A stretch of 64,000 bases of DNA from Thermoflexales bacterium (lineage in GTDB: Bacteria; Chloroflexota; Anaerolineae; J036; Brachytrichaceae), in assembly GCA_019694215.1 (NCBI GenBank), contig JAIBCK010000002.1, positions 1 through 64,000 on the forward strand. The letters run 5' to 3'. Shown piece by piece: positions 50,731-60,379 of the stretch (the first letter of the stretch is position 1; each line of letters begins with the position of its first letter). The position numbers were made by a program, and so were the translations under genes. A model generated the notes under the pieces. The model made no database searches, was not told the origin of the DNA, and was given only the letters and a program-made list of their open reading frames with translations.

Positions 50731-52131
50731 CTACGGCACCCAGGCAGGCAGAAGGGCATCCCGGACTGCCAGGTGGGCGCTCGTCCCATCAGGCGCAATC
50801 AGCCAGATTTCCGGCGCCGGGTTGATCTCGCGCAGGCTGGTTCGCATGAAGGCGATCCAGCGTCCGTCCGGTGACCAGGTCAGGGCGCCATGGCTGTGGT
50901 CGTAATCGGCCGTCAGGGCACGGGCTGTGCCGGCAGGCAGATCGGCCACCCAGACCTGCGGCCCAAAGAAGCCGACTGCATCCTGCATGGCCACATCGGA
51001 GCTGACGCGGCGGCCAAACGCGATGCGATCCCCCAGCGGCGACCACGTGGGGCTGCCATCGTCGGTGCGCGTCAACGTCTGGGCCGGGGTGATGACCCCG
51101 CTGGCGAGATCAAAGCGCAGCAGCTGCTGAAAGCGTTCCTCCCCCACACTGACGAGATCTGCGAAGACAAAGGCGTTGCCATCAGGCGCCCAGACCGGCG
51201 GATCACCGAGCATGCTGGGCAGTTCGAGCGCGCTACCTGCGCGCAGGTCGACCAGAGACTGGACGCCCAGCAGGTTGTCGTAAAACGTCAGACGTTCCCC
51301 GGTCGGTGACCAGCGCGGCAGCGCGGCAAGAACCTGCGTATCCGTGTAGAGCGCCGAGGCCGTGTTGGTTGGCAGATCAAAGATCCAGGCGCGCGATGGT
51401 CCAGGGGTGACGCCGAACGTGCCCTTCTCCAACTTGCGGCGCTCAAAGGCGATGCGTTGACCATCGGCCGACCATGAGGCAGTCCCGCACAACTGTTCTT
51501 CACAAGCCACGATCCGGCGCCGGTTGCCCCCACTCGTGTCAATGAGCCACAGGTCCCGGCTGCCGCTGATGTCCCGTGTCGCCGCGTAGACAATCCAGGC
51601 GCCGTCCGGGCTCACCGCGAAGTCGTACACGCCAAAGGGCTCGGACGTCAGCGCGCGCGGGCGCAGCGTGCCAGCGGCATCCAGTTCCGCCAGCACCAGG
51701 TTGGCCACGCCGCTTGCGGGCCATAGATACGCGAGACGCGCCTGGCGCGTTGTGAAGGGGATGACCGTCCGCTCAGTCATGACGCGGCCGCGCACGCTCA
51801 CGGCGCCGGGGGCCAGGGTCACGGTGTAGGTCGCGGCCGGCAGCAGCGGCGCACCCGGCGCAAACGACGCCGTCGCGCCCGCCCACGACCAGGTCCCGGA
51901 GATGGCGGGCGTGATGGCCAGCCGCGCCTCGACGTCGGCCCTGCGCATGGGCTCAGAAAACTGAAGCAGAAGCGTTGGGCGGAGCGCCACTGCGCGCTCG
52001 CCGGGATCCGGCTTCGAGCTCAGCAGGCGCGCGCCGACCTGATCCCCCCGCGCCAACAGCACCCCAATCGCGCAGGCGATCAATGCCAGTACCAGCCCGA
52101 CCGCGCGATCGAGACGGTCAAGTCGCGGCAT
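50731..52131 (-). CDS. TolB-like WD40/PD40 beta-propeller protein with N-terminal TM and Ig-like domain
   Basis: Repeated SPDG/SWSADG/TWSPLGDRIAF/TWSPDGRWIAF PD40 motifs. Confidence 0.65.
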   Translation of the reverse strand: MPRLDRLDRAVGLVLALIACAIGVLLARGDQVGARLLSSKPDPGERAVALRPTLLLQFSEPMRRADVEARLAITPAISGTWSWAGATASFAPGAPLLPAATYTVTLAPGAVSVRGRVMTERTVIPFTTRQARLAYLWPASGVANLVLAELDAAGTLRPRALTSEPFGVYDFAVSPDGAWIVYAATRDISGSRDLWLIDTSGGNRRRIVACEEQLCGTASWSADGQRIAFERRKLEKGTFGVTPGPSRAWIFDLPTNTASALYTDTQVLAALPRWSPTGERLTFYDNLLGVQSLVDLRAGSALELPSMLGDPPVWAPDGNAFVFADLVSVGEERFQQLLRFDLASGVITPAQTLTRTDDGSPTWSPLGDRIAFGRRVSSDVAMQDAVGFFGPQVWVADLPAGTARALTADYDHSHGALTWSPDGRWIAFMRTSLREINPAPEIWLIAPDGTSAHLAVRDALLPAWVP

Positions 52132-52693
52132 GCCCCTGCCCCAGCGCCTTGCGCGCCATGCGGCTCAGCGACGCATCATCCAACGCGGCCACTTCAGCCA
52201 GCGGCACCCAGCGCAGTGCGCTCTCCGGCTCAGGCGTGAGTGCACCCTGCCCGACCACCTCAAACAAATAGCGGATGTCGTGGTGGCGGTGCGCGGGCAC
52301 ATCCCCGCGGGCCGGGATGGCATGCACGTCGATGTCGAAGGGCGCGTCGCCGGACAGTGCCGGAAGGAGCTTGGCGGCGGTCAGCCCGGTTTCCTCACTG
52401 GCTTCGCGCATGGCGGCCTCACAGAGTGATGGGTCGGATGGCTCGCAGTGTCCGCCCGGCTGGAGCCAACGCTTCAACTTGGTATGCCAGATCAACAGCG
52501 TCGCCGTCCGCGCAGAATCAACGACAAACGCCGACGCCGTGATGTGGCCGGCGGCGCGCTCGCGCGTGAAGGGGTCGTCGGGGCCGGCCAGCAGCGCGTC
52601 AACTTCGGCCACGCTCGCGGCTTCCTGCGCATCCGCCGGGCGATGCGCGCGAAGCGCCCGATGCAGGCGCACGCGCGCGGGTTCGATCTCCAT
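52118..52693 (-). CDS. NUDIX hydrolase
   Basis: Nudix box REASEETGL with surrounding GGHCEPSD. The ORF-track extension to 53617 is antisense to the MFS gene. Confidence 0.7.
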   Translation of the reverse strand: MEIEPARVRLHRALRAHRPADAQEAASVAEVDALLAGPDDPFTRERAAGHITASAFVVDSARTATLLIWHTKLKRWLQPGGHCEPSDPSLCEAAMREASEETGLTAAKLLPALSGDAPFDIDVHAIPARGDVPAHRHHDIRYLFEVVGQGALTPEPESALRWVPLAEVAALDDASLSRMARKALGQGHAAT

Positions 52694-52714
52694 GCGGACG
52701 ATAATACACGGCCC

Positions 52715-54025
52715 ATGTCCCAGACCCGTTCCAGGCGGCCGCGCTTCGCGGCTTTTCAACATCGCGACTATCGGCTGCTCTGGTTGGGGCAATTGGTCTC
52801 GCAAACGGGCACCCAGATGCAGCTCACGACGGTGAACTGGCACATCTTCACGCTCCTGCGCGGACAGACCTTCGTCGTTGACGTCTTCGGCTCGCCGGCC
52901 ACCTTTGATGCCCCCGCGTTTGCGCTGGGCGCGCTGGGACTCGTGCGCATCGTGCCGATCATCGTCTTCGCGCTGCTGGGCGGCATCGTCGCCGATACGC
53001 GCGACCGGCGCAAAGTGATGATGATTACGCAGACCGTGGCCGGGCTTGCTGCGGCGCTTCTTGCGATCGCGACCCTGGCCGGCTTCGAGGCGCTGTGGGT
53101 GATCTATATCCTCACCGCGGTGAACGCGTCGGCCATGGCGTTTGACAGCCCGTCGCGTCAGGCGCTCGTCCCACGACTGGTGCCGCGCGAGGACCTGACC
53201 AACGCTTTGAGCTTGAACACCACGCTGATGCAGGTCACGTCGATCATCGGACCGAGCCTGGCCGGCGTCCTGATCGCGAGCGTGGATCCGGGGTTGATCT
53301 ACGCCTTCAACGCGCTGTCCTTTGGCGCCGTCGTGCTGGCCCTGCTGCTGATGGAACACCGCACCCCGCCAGCAGCCAGCGTGTCGACGATCACGCTCTC
53401 GGCCATGCTCGATGGCGCGCGCTTCGTCTTCCGCGAGCGCATCATCCTGAGCTCGATGCTGCTCGACTTCTTCGCCACGTTCTTTGCGTCGGCGCGCACC
53501 ATGCTTCCGGTGATCGCCGCCGACATCCTGCACACCGACGCGCACGGCTACGGGCTGCTCTCCGCGGCGCAGTCGGTCGGGTCCGTCATCGCGGGGCTGG
53601 TTGCATCGCTGCGTCACGACATTCCCCGCCAGGGCCGCGTGCTGCTGATCAGCGTGATAGTCTATGGCCTCGCCACGGCGCTGTTTGGGCTGTCAACAAA
53701 CTTCGCGCTGTCGTATTTCCTGTTCGCAATCACGGGCGCAGCCGACACGGTCTCGACGGTCATCCGCGGCACCATGCGCCAGCTGCTCACGCCCGATCAC
53801 CTGCGCGGCCGCATGGTCGGCATCAACATGATGTTCTTTATGGGTGGGCCACAACTTGGCGAGGCAGAGGCAGGGCTCGTGGCCTCGCGCTGGGGCATCG
53901 TCGCGAGCGTCGTGAGCGGCGGGTTGCTCTGCCTGGCGTGCAGCACGCTCGTCGCCTGGCGCTACCCAACCCTGCGCCAGTACGACGGCCCGCACAGCGT
54001 TCCGGCACCGGCCGCCTCGCACTAG
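52715..54025 (+). CDS. MFS transporter (EntS/YbdA-like)
   Basis: 12 TMs. N-terminal FRHRDYRLLWLGQLVSQTG is typical of the EntS-like MFS subfamily. Confidence 0.75.
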   Translation: MSQTRSRRPRFAAFQHRDYRLLWLGQLVSQTGTQMQLTTVNWHIFTLLRGQTFVVDVFGSPATFDAPAFALGALGLVRIVPIIVFALLGGIVADTRDRRKVMMITQTVAGLAAALLAIATLAGFEALWVIYILTAVNASAMAFDSPSRQALVPRLVPREDLTNALSLNTTLMQVTSIIGPSLAGVLIASVDPGLIYAFNALSFGAVVLALLLMEHRTPPAASVSTITLSAMLDGARFVFRERIILSSMLLDFFATFFASARTMLPVIAADILHTDAHGYGLLSAAQSVGSVIAGLVASLRHDIPRQGRVLLISVIVYGLATALFGLSTNFALSYFLFAITGAADTVSTVIRGTMRQLLTPDHLRGRMVGINMMFFMGGPQLGEAEAGLVASRWGIVASVVSGGLLCLACSTLVAWRYPTLRQYDGPHSVPAPAASH

Positions 54026-54789
54026 CGCGCTGCGGCGCGCCGCGTCGCGATGATTTCCGCCATGATGGCGACGGCGATCTCCTCGGGCGTCTCGGCACCA
54101 ATCTCCAGCCCGATCGGCGCGTGCACGCGAACGAGATCGGCATCGGACACGCCCGCCGTCTTCAAGGCCTCGACGGTGGTCAGCCAGCGCCGCTTGCTCC
54201 CGATCACGCCGATGTAGGCGACCGGCGAGGCCAGCAGTTTGGGCAGAACGGGCACATCCAGCGGATAGCCGCGCGTCACCAACGCAACGTAGGTGTTGGC
54301 GGTGAGCGTGAGGCCAGCCAGCATCTCCGTCGCATCCCCGGGCCGATACTCGTGCGCGCCAGGGGCGAGCGCCGGATCGCACAACGGTGCGCGATCATCC
54401 GAGAGAATCACCCGGAAGCCCGCATACGCGCCGAGCGTCACCAGCGCGCGTCCGACATGGCCGGCCCCGATCACCACCAGTACGTGTGGGCTGAGCAGCG
54501 GTTCGATCAGGATGTCGACCGTGCCACCGCACACGCCCGGATCGCCTTCGTCCGGATCGGCCAGCCGGTAGCTGCCCGTGCGGGGCTGCCCGTCCAAAAT
54601 CGCTTCACGGGCAAGGGCGAGCACGCGGCCTTCCATCGCCCCACCCCCAACCGACCCACCCAGCAATGCGCCGGACGCATCGACGAGCATCTTTGAGCCG
54701 GGGCGACGCGGGACCGACCCCGTCGATCGGATCACCGTGCAGACGGCACACGGTGTGCCGGCCCGCGCAAGCGAGAGGGCGCGCTCCAT
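54022..54789 (-). CDS. xdhC: XdhC/CoxI-family molybdenum-cofactor insertion accessory protein
   Basis: XdhC N-terminal CAVCTVIRSTGSVPR and a C-terminal Rossmann-like VVIGAGHVGRAL. Confidence 0.75.
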   Translation of the reverse strand: MERALSLARAGTPCAVCTVIRSTGSVPRRPGSKMLVDASGALLGGSVGGGAMEGRVLALAREAILDGQPRTGSYRLADPDEGDPGVCGGTVDILIEPLLSPHVLVVIGAGHVGRALVTLGAYAGFRVILSDDRAPLCDPALAPGAHEYRPGDATEMLAGLTLTANTYVALVTRGYPLDVPVLPKLLASPVAYIGVIGSKRRWLTTVEALKTAGVSDADLVRVHAPIGLEIGAETPEEIAVAIMAEIIATRRAAAR

Positions 54790-54863
54790 CAAGTCCAATG
54801 ACACAGTGTCGTGATTATAGAAGCGGCAGCCCACGTGACCGATGCGCGCTTTACAATGGCTGG

Positions 54864-55829
54864 ATGGAATATCGAAGATTGGGCAGCACCGGCCTCAAGG
54901 TCAGCGAGTTGTGCCTCGGCACGATGACGTTCAAGTGGACGTCCAGCGAGCGAGACTCACACGCCACGCTCTCCGCATTCGCCGACGCGGGCGGCACCTT
55001 CATCGACACAGCCGATGTCTACACCCGCTGGGCGCCGGGCAACCCGGGCGGCACGGCCGAGGCGCTGATCGGCGACTGGCTGCGTGGCCGCGCGCGCGAT
55101 CAGTTTGTCATCGCGACCAAGTGCCGCGGGGCGATGGGCAGCGGCCCCAACGATCAGGGCGCCTCGCGCCTGCACATCGTCAGTGCGCTCGAGGCCAGCC
55201 TGCGCCGCTTGGGCACCGACTATGTCGACCTGTATCAGATCCACTCGGCCGACTACGACACCCCGCCAGAGGAGACGCTCCGCGCGCTCGACGACCTGGT
55301 GAGCGCGGGCAAGGTCCGCTATGTTGGATGCAGCAACTATCCGGCCTGGTGGCTGATGAAGTCGCTGTGGGCGAGTGAGCGCGGTCGCCTGATCCGTTTC
55401 GAGTGCCTGCAGCCGCATTACAACCTGATGAACCGCGCGGAGTTCGAGCGCGAGCTCGCGCACGTGGTCGCCGATCAGAAGCTGGGCGTGATCCCGTACA
55501 GCCCGTTGGCCGGCGGCTTTCTGACCGGGAAATACGCGGCCGGCGCGTCGATCGAGGGCACGCGCGGCGCCTCCAGCGCGCGGGTAAAGGGCTGGATCGA
55601 TCACCCCCGCGGCCAAAGCGTACTTGCGGCACTGGGCGCAATTGCCACGCGCAACGGAAAGAACATTGCCGCGACCGCGCTGGCCTGGCAGCTCAGCAAC
55701 CCGCTCATCACCGCGCCCATCATCGGCGCGAATACCGTGGAACAATTGAACACCCTGCTCGGCGCCGTTGGCTACCGGTTGAACGCCAGTGACATGGCCG
55801 CTCTCAACGACGCGTCAAAGTGGGAATAG
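54864..55829 (+). CDS. Aldo/keto reductase
   Basis: AKR motifs GLKVSELCLGTMTF, FIDTADVY and IPYSPLAGGFLTGKY. Confidence 0.85.
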   Translation: MEYRRLGSTGLKVSELCLGTMTFKWTSSERDSHATLSAFADAGGTFIDTADVYTRWAPGNPGGTAEALIGDWLRGRARDQFVIATKCRGAMGSGPNDQGASRLHIVSALEASLRRLGTDYVDLYQIHSADYDTPPEETLRALDDLVSAGKVRYVGCSNYPAWWLMKSLWASERGRLIRFECLQPHYNLMNRAEFERELAHVVADQKLGVIPYSPLAGGFLTGKYAAGASIEGTRGASSARVKGWIDHPRGQSVLAALGAIATRNGKNIAATALAWQLSNPLITAPIIGANTVEQLNTLLGAVGYRLNASDMAALNDASKWE

Positions 55830-55838
55830 GAGTACAGC

Positions 55839-57029
55839 ATGTGGTTCTTTCGATCCCCCACCGTCGTCTTTGGCGAAGACGCCCTGCTTCACATCCGTGA
55901 GCTGCGCGGCAAGCGCGCCATGGTGATTACGGACAAGAACATCAACAAGGCAGGAATGGTGGCGCCGGTCTTGTTCCAGCTCGAGCACGCCGGCATCCAG
56001 GCGCAGATCTTCGATGAGATCGAGCCCGAGCCCAGCCTGGAGACCGTCGAGCGCTGCACCGATCTTGCCCTCGAGTTCAACCCGGACTGGTTTGTCGCGG
56101 TCGGCGGCGGCAGCGTCATGGACGCGGCCAAGGCGGTCTGGATCCTGTATGAGAACCCCGAGGTCGACGTTGATGAGATCAATCCGTTGGACCCCATCGT
56201 GTTGCGCGAGAAGGCGCGCATGGTCTGCGTGCCGACGACGGCCGGGACCGGCAGCGAGGCCACCTGGGCGGTGGTACTGACCGATCTGCGCATGGGCGTG
56301 CCGCGCAAGCTCACGACCGGCCATCCGCTCGCGACGCCCGACTATGCAATCGTCGATCCCGGCATGTCCTCCGGCATGCCCCCGTCACTCACCGCCGACA
56401 CCGGGCTGGACGCGCTGACGCAGGGCATCGAGGGCTTTCTCGCGACCTGGCGAAATGACTTCAGCGATGGCCCCTGCCTCACGGCCGTCAAGCTCTGTTT
56501 CGACTATCTGGAGCGCGCCTACCTCGAAGCGCATCGCGAAAAGGCTCAGGACATCGAAGCGCGCGAGGCCATGGCCAACGCCGCCACCCTGTCGGGCATC
56601 GGCTATGTCAATTCCATGGTCGGCCTCGTGCACTCGCTCGCCCATGCCAGCGGCGCCATCCTGAAGATCCCGCATGGGCGCGCCTGCGGCCTCTTCCTGC
56701 CCTACGTGATTGACTTCTACGTCTCTCCGATCGAGGGCGGCGCAGACGCCCCTCAGACGCGCTTTGTCGAGCTCATGAACTCGCTCGGCGAGCACTACGA
56801 ATCGGAACAGGCCGCCGCTGCGCGGCTTTCTGAACTCGTGCGGTCTCTTCTCGACAAGGTCGACGCGCCCCTCACGTTGCAGGAGGCTGGCGTTTCGCAC
56901 GAGGACTTCGAGCAGGTGCTGAGCGAGTTGGTCGCCGCGGCCTCGACGGACACGGTGCTTTTCACTTCGCCGCGGCAGCCCAGTGAGGCCGAACTCAAGC
57001 GGCTGCTGCAGTCGGCTTACGGCGCATAG
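55839..57029 (+). CDS. Iron-containing alcohol dehydrogenase
   Basis: Fe-ADH GGGSVMDAAK motif and a His-rich metal site (HSLAHASG). Confidence 0.8.
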   Translation: MWFFRSPTVVFGEDALLHIRELRGKRAMVITDKNINKAGMVAPVLFQLEHAGIQAQIFDEIEPEPSLETVERCTDLALEFNPDWFVAVGGGSVMDAAKAVWILYENPEVDVDEINPLDPIVLREKARMVCVPTTAGTGSEATWAVVLTDLRMGVPRKLTTGHPLATPDYAIVDPGMSSGMPPSLTADTGLDALTQGIEGFLATWRNDFSDGPCLTAVKLCFDYLERAYLEAHREKAQDIEAREAMANAATLSGIGYVNSMVGLVHSLAHASGAILKIPHGRACGLFLPYVIDFYVSPIEGGADAPQTRFVELMNSLGEHYESEQAAAARLSELVRSLLDKVDAPLTLQEAGVSHEDFEQVLSELVAAASTDTVLFTSPRQPSEAELKRLLQSAYGA

Positions 57030-57032
57030 TTC

Positions 57033-58277
57033 ATGATCAAACGCATCGCGTGCATCAGTGTCCACACTTCGCCGCTGGCCACGCTGGGTGGCAAGGACAC
57101 GGGCGGGATGAACGTCTACGTGCGCGAAGTGGCGCGCGAATGCGCCCGCCGCGGCATCGCCATCGATGTCTTCACGCGCAGCGCGAGCACGTCCAACCTG
57201 CGCATCGATCCGCGCATCGCGCCCAACGCACGGGTGATACACGTGCCGGCCGGGCCGGAGGCGCCGATCCCAAAAGGGGAGCTGCGATCGATTCTGCCCG
57301 CATTCACAGAGTGGATTTGTGCGTTTGGCAAGGACGAGGAGGTCGGCTACGACATCATCCACGCCCACTACTGGCTGTCCGGCCTGGTCGCCGAGGAATT
57401 GGGCAAGTGCTGGGGCGTGCCGTTCGTTCAGACCTTTCACACGCTTGCCGAGCTCAAGAACCAGATCGCGCAACGGCCCGAGGACCTCGAAAGCGATGAG
57501 CGCACCGCCGGCGAGTGCCACGTCTGCTCCGTGGCCGGCCGGATCACCGCCGCGACCTCGGTCGAGTGGGATCAACTCGTGCACATCTACGGCGCCGGAT
57601 CATCGATCATCCGCACCATCCCGCCCGGCGTCGACACGGCGCGCTTCAACCCGATCGAGCCAACGTATGCGCGACGCGTGATCGGCGTGGGCAAGTCGCA
57701 CCGAGTCATCGTCTTTGCGGGAAGGATCGAGCCGCTCAAGGGCATCGACACCCTGCTGCGCGCCATTGCCATCCTGCGCACGCGTTATCCGGAGTATTCG
57801 CCGTGCAATTTGTGCGTCCCGATCGTCGGCGGCGATCCCAGCGAGGCCGGCGCGCGCGCCAACGCCGAAATGGGTCGGCTACTATCGTTGCGCGACGAGC
57901 TGGACCTGGGTGACCTGATCACCTTCGTCGGCGCACAGGATCAGGACAGCCTGCACTTCTACTTCTCGGCCGCCGATTGCCTGGTCATGCCCTCGCACTA
58001 CGAGTCGTTTGGCATGGTCGCGCTCGAAGCCATGGCCTGCGGCACCCCCGTGATCTGTTCGGACGTCGGCGGTCTCAGCCAGCTGGTCCGGCACGGCGAG
58101 ACCGGACTTCGCGTTCCGCCGCGTGATCCCGAAGCCCTCGCCGACGCGATCAACTACCTGCTCAGCGACGAGCCGCGTCGACGGCGCATGGGCCACAGCG
58201 CGGCCTGTCTCGCCGAAGACTACGATTGGGCGCGGATTGTTGATAAACTTACCGAGGTCTATGAGGAGCTGGTGTAA
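57033..58277 (+). CDS. GT4 retaining glycosyltransferase, MshA-like (D-inositol-3-phosphate glycosyltransferase family)
   Basis: N-terminal ISVHTSPLATLGGKDTGGMNVYV closely resembles the MshA N-terminus. C-terminal GT4 motif (SHYESFGMVALEAMACGTPV). Confidence 0.75.
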   Translation: MIKRIACISVHTSPLATLGGKDTGGMNVYVREVARECARRGIAIDVFTRSASTSNLRIDPRIAPNARVIHVPAGPEAPIPKGELRSILPAFTEWICAFGKDEEVGYDIIHAHYWLSGLVAEELGKCWGVPFVQTFHTLAELKNQIAQRPEDLESDERTAGECHVCSVAGRITAATSVEWDQLVHIYGAGSSIIRTIPPGVDTARFNPIEPTYARRVIGVGKSHRVIVFAGRIEPLKGIDTLLRAIAILRTRYPEYSPCNLCVPIVGGDPSEAGARANAEMGRLLSLRDELDLGDLITFVGAQDQDSLHFYFSAADCLVMPSHYESFGMVALEAMACGTPVICSDVGGLSQLVRHGETGLRVPPRDPEALADAINYLLSDEPRRRRMGHSAACLAEDYDWARIVDKLTEVYEELV

Positions 58278-58280
58278 CTA

Positions 58281-58628
58281 ATGCCGAAGCAGATTAGCTA
58301 CGTTTCGATCTGGTCAAACGACCTGGCCGCAAATCGGCACGTCTTCGCGACGGTGCTCGGGATTCCGATCGCATACGAGGATGAAGAAGTCGTGGTTTTC
58401 CAGACCGATGGCGCTCAGCTCGTCCTCCAGCGTGCCGTCGATGCCGATGCCAACCTGGCAGGCAGCGTCGCGATCGGATTCTCCTCAGACAACCTGGCCA
58501 GGCTCACCCAGCGACTGCGCGAGGATGGACAACGCCTCGACGTCGAGCTCGAGACGTTTGACAATCAGCAGCGCGTCACCGCGATGCGCCTGCCCACCGG
58601 CCAGCTGGTCGAGTTCGTCGGCGACTGA
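58281..58628 (+). CDS. VOC/glyoxalase-family small protein
   Basis: 115 aa with a glyoxalase-like pattern. 3-nt gap after the preceding gene. Confidence 0.5.
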   Translation: MPKQISYVSIWSNDLAANRHVFATVLGIPIAYEDEEVVVFQTDGAQLVLQRAVDADANLAGSVAIGFSSDNLARLTQRLREDGQRLDVELETFDNQQRVTAMRLPTGQLVEFVGD

Positions 58629-58632
58629 GGCG

Positions 58633-60351
58633 ATGGTGACCCGACCCCGCGCCGCCCTCGCGCTGGCGTTGGCCCTGCTTCAGGCCCTCACCCTGGCATG
58701 CAGCGCCGCCACGTCGCAGCTGGGCATCCTTCCCGAGAGCGTGGCAGCCACGCCCAACGCACCGTATGCCATCGCCACCGCGACCCGCCCGCCCGCGACG
58801 ATGTCCACAGCCGGGCTGGTGCGCGCCCGTGGCGCGCTTGCCATCGGCGTCCGCTTTGACGCCCCGCCCCTCGCCTCGGTCAACGCAAAAGGCGAGCTGG
58901 AGGGTCTGGACATCGATCTGGCGCGCGAGTTCGCCCGCCGCTGGCTGGGCGGACCGGACAAGGTAAGCTTCCGCCAGGTGACGTCGGTCTCGGCGCTGAG
59001 CACCCTTGCCAACCGCGAGATCGACCTCGCCATGGGTGGTCTGGCGGCATCGCGGGCCGGCGACCTGCAGGTGGACTACAGCCTTCCATATCTCACAGAC
59101 GGCGACGCACTGCTCACGCGCAGCGGCGTCTATACCTCGGTCGTTGGGCTGGCCCGCAAATCAGTGACCTATGTCGATGTCGAAACCGTCGATGCGCTGC
59201 GGGCCTGGCAGAACAGCAACAACTTCACGGTCACGCTGAAGAGCGTCAACAGCTACCCGGCCGCCTTTGACCTCGTGCGCGCTGGTGGCACGGCGGCCAT
59301 GGTGGGGCGTTGGCGGCGTCTGCGCGTCGAGGCGGCCAACGACCCTGCGCTGTCCGTGCTGACGGTGCTACGCCGTGAACCCGTCACCGTCGCACTGCCC
59401 GAGGGCGACCCGGAGTGGGCGTCGCTGGTCAACGCCACGCTGAACGACGTGATCGCCGACGGCACCTTCGCCAGGCTCTATCAGAAGTGGTTCAAGTCGG
59501 CACCGGATGCGGCACGTGCGCCCGGCGGGTCGCCGGCCATGGCTTTCTCCTCGCTCAGCGACACGCTCGTGGCTCGCAACAGCGCGGCCGCGATCGCCAA
59601 AGCCCGCAAGTTGCGCGTCGGCTACATCTCGAGCGCCGATCCCCTCAGCTTCAACAACAAGGATGCCGCGAGCGGGTATCTGCCAGAGCTTCTGCGCGAG
59701 GTTGCCAAACGCTGGTTTGACAGTGAAGCGGCTGCGTCTTTCGTCGCCTACCCCACGCCGGACGCGCTCGCCGCCGCCCTGCAAGCCGGGAGCATCGATC
59801 TCGGCATCGGCAACCTGACCGTCAGCGCGGCCAACGCAAAACGCTTTGATTTCACGCCGACCGTGTTCCAGGGCGGTTTCGGCCTGCTCACAACGGCCGC
59901 GTCAAAGGCGACGGGCTTCGGCGACTTCAACGGCAAGACCATCGGCGTGCTTCGCGATAGCCTGGACGGCGAGAGCCTGGCCGCTGCCAAACAGGCGCGC
60001 AGCCTGACCTTCAACGAGGTCTCCTTCTCGGACATGGGCACCGCCCTGCAGGCCCTGCGCTCGGGGCAAATCGTTGCCATCGCCGGGGACCGCCTCACCC
60101 TGTTCGCCACCGACCGCGTCAACCGCGACACCAAGATGCTGGGCGATCAGCTCAGCGCGGTGCCAGTCGCCATCGTCGTCGCCCCCGGCGAGACCACGCT
60201 CAAGAATGCGCTCGGGCTGGCCCTGCAGGAGATGGCCGTCGACGGTGCGCTGCAGCGCATCTACCGCAAGTGGCTCGAAGAGCCCTACAAGGCACCGTTG
60301 GACGTGCTGCCCGGCGAGGCGCCCTCCTCCCGAACGGTCATAGCGCCCTAG
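58633..60351 (+). CDS. Lipoprotein with two tandem amino-acid-type substrate-binding (SBP_bac_3) domains
   Basis: Signal plus lipobox LTLAC, then two repeated SBP_bac_3-like modules (LAIGVRFDAPPLASV ... ; LRVGYISSADPLSF ...). Confidence 0.7.
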   Translation: MVTRPRAALALALALLQALTLACSAATSQLGILPESVAATPNAPYAIATATRPPATMSTAGLVRARGALAIGVRFDAPPLASVNAKGELEGLDIDLAREFARRWLGGPDKVSFRQVTSVSALSTLANREIDLAMGGLAASRAGDLQVDYSLPYLTDGDALLTRSGVYTSVVGLARKSVTYVDVETVDALRAWQNSNNFTVTLKSVNSYPAAFDLVRAGGTAAMVGRWRRLRVEAANDPALSVLTVLRREPVTVALPEGDPEWASLVNATLNDVIADGTFARLYQKWFKSAPDAARAPGGSPAMAFSSLSDTLVARNSAAAIAKARKLRVGYISSADPLSFNNKDAASGYLPELLREVAKRWFDSEAAASFVAYPTPDALAAALQAGSIDLGIGNLTVSAANAKRFDFTPTVFQGGFGLLTTAASKATGFGDFNGKTIGVLRDSLDGESLAAAKQARSLTFNEVSFSDMGTALQALRSGQIVAIAGDRLTLFATDRVNRDTKMLGDQLSAVPVAIVVAPGETTLKNALGLALQEMAVDGALQRIYRKWLEEPYKAPLDVLPGEAPSSRTVIAP

Positions 60352-60379
60352 AGGCGGCACCGTCGCGGCTGTGTTGTGC

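Noticed and set aside
52694-53617. Extension of the NUDIX ORF into the MFS gene
   Set aside because: Antisense to a well-supported MFS transporter with 12 TMs. The Nudix fold is complete from MEIEPARV.
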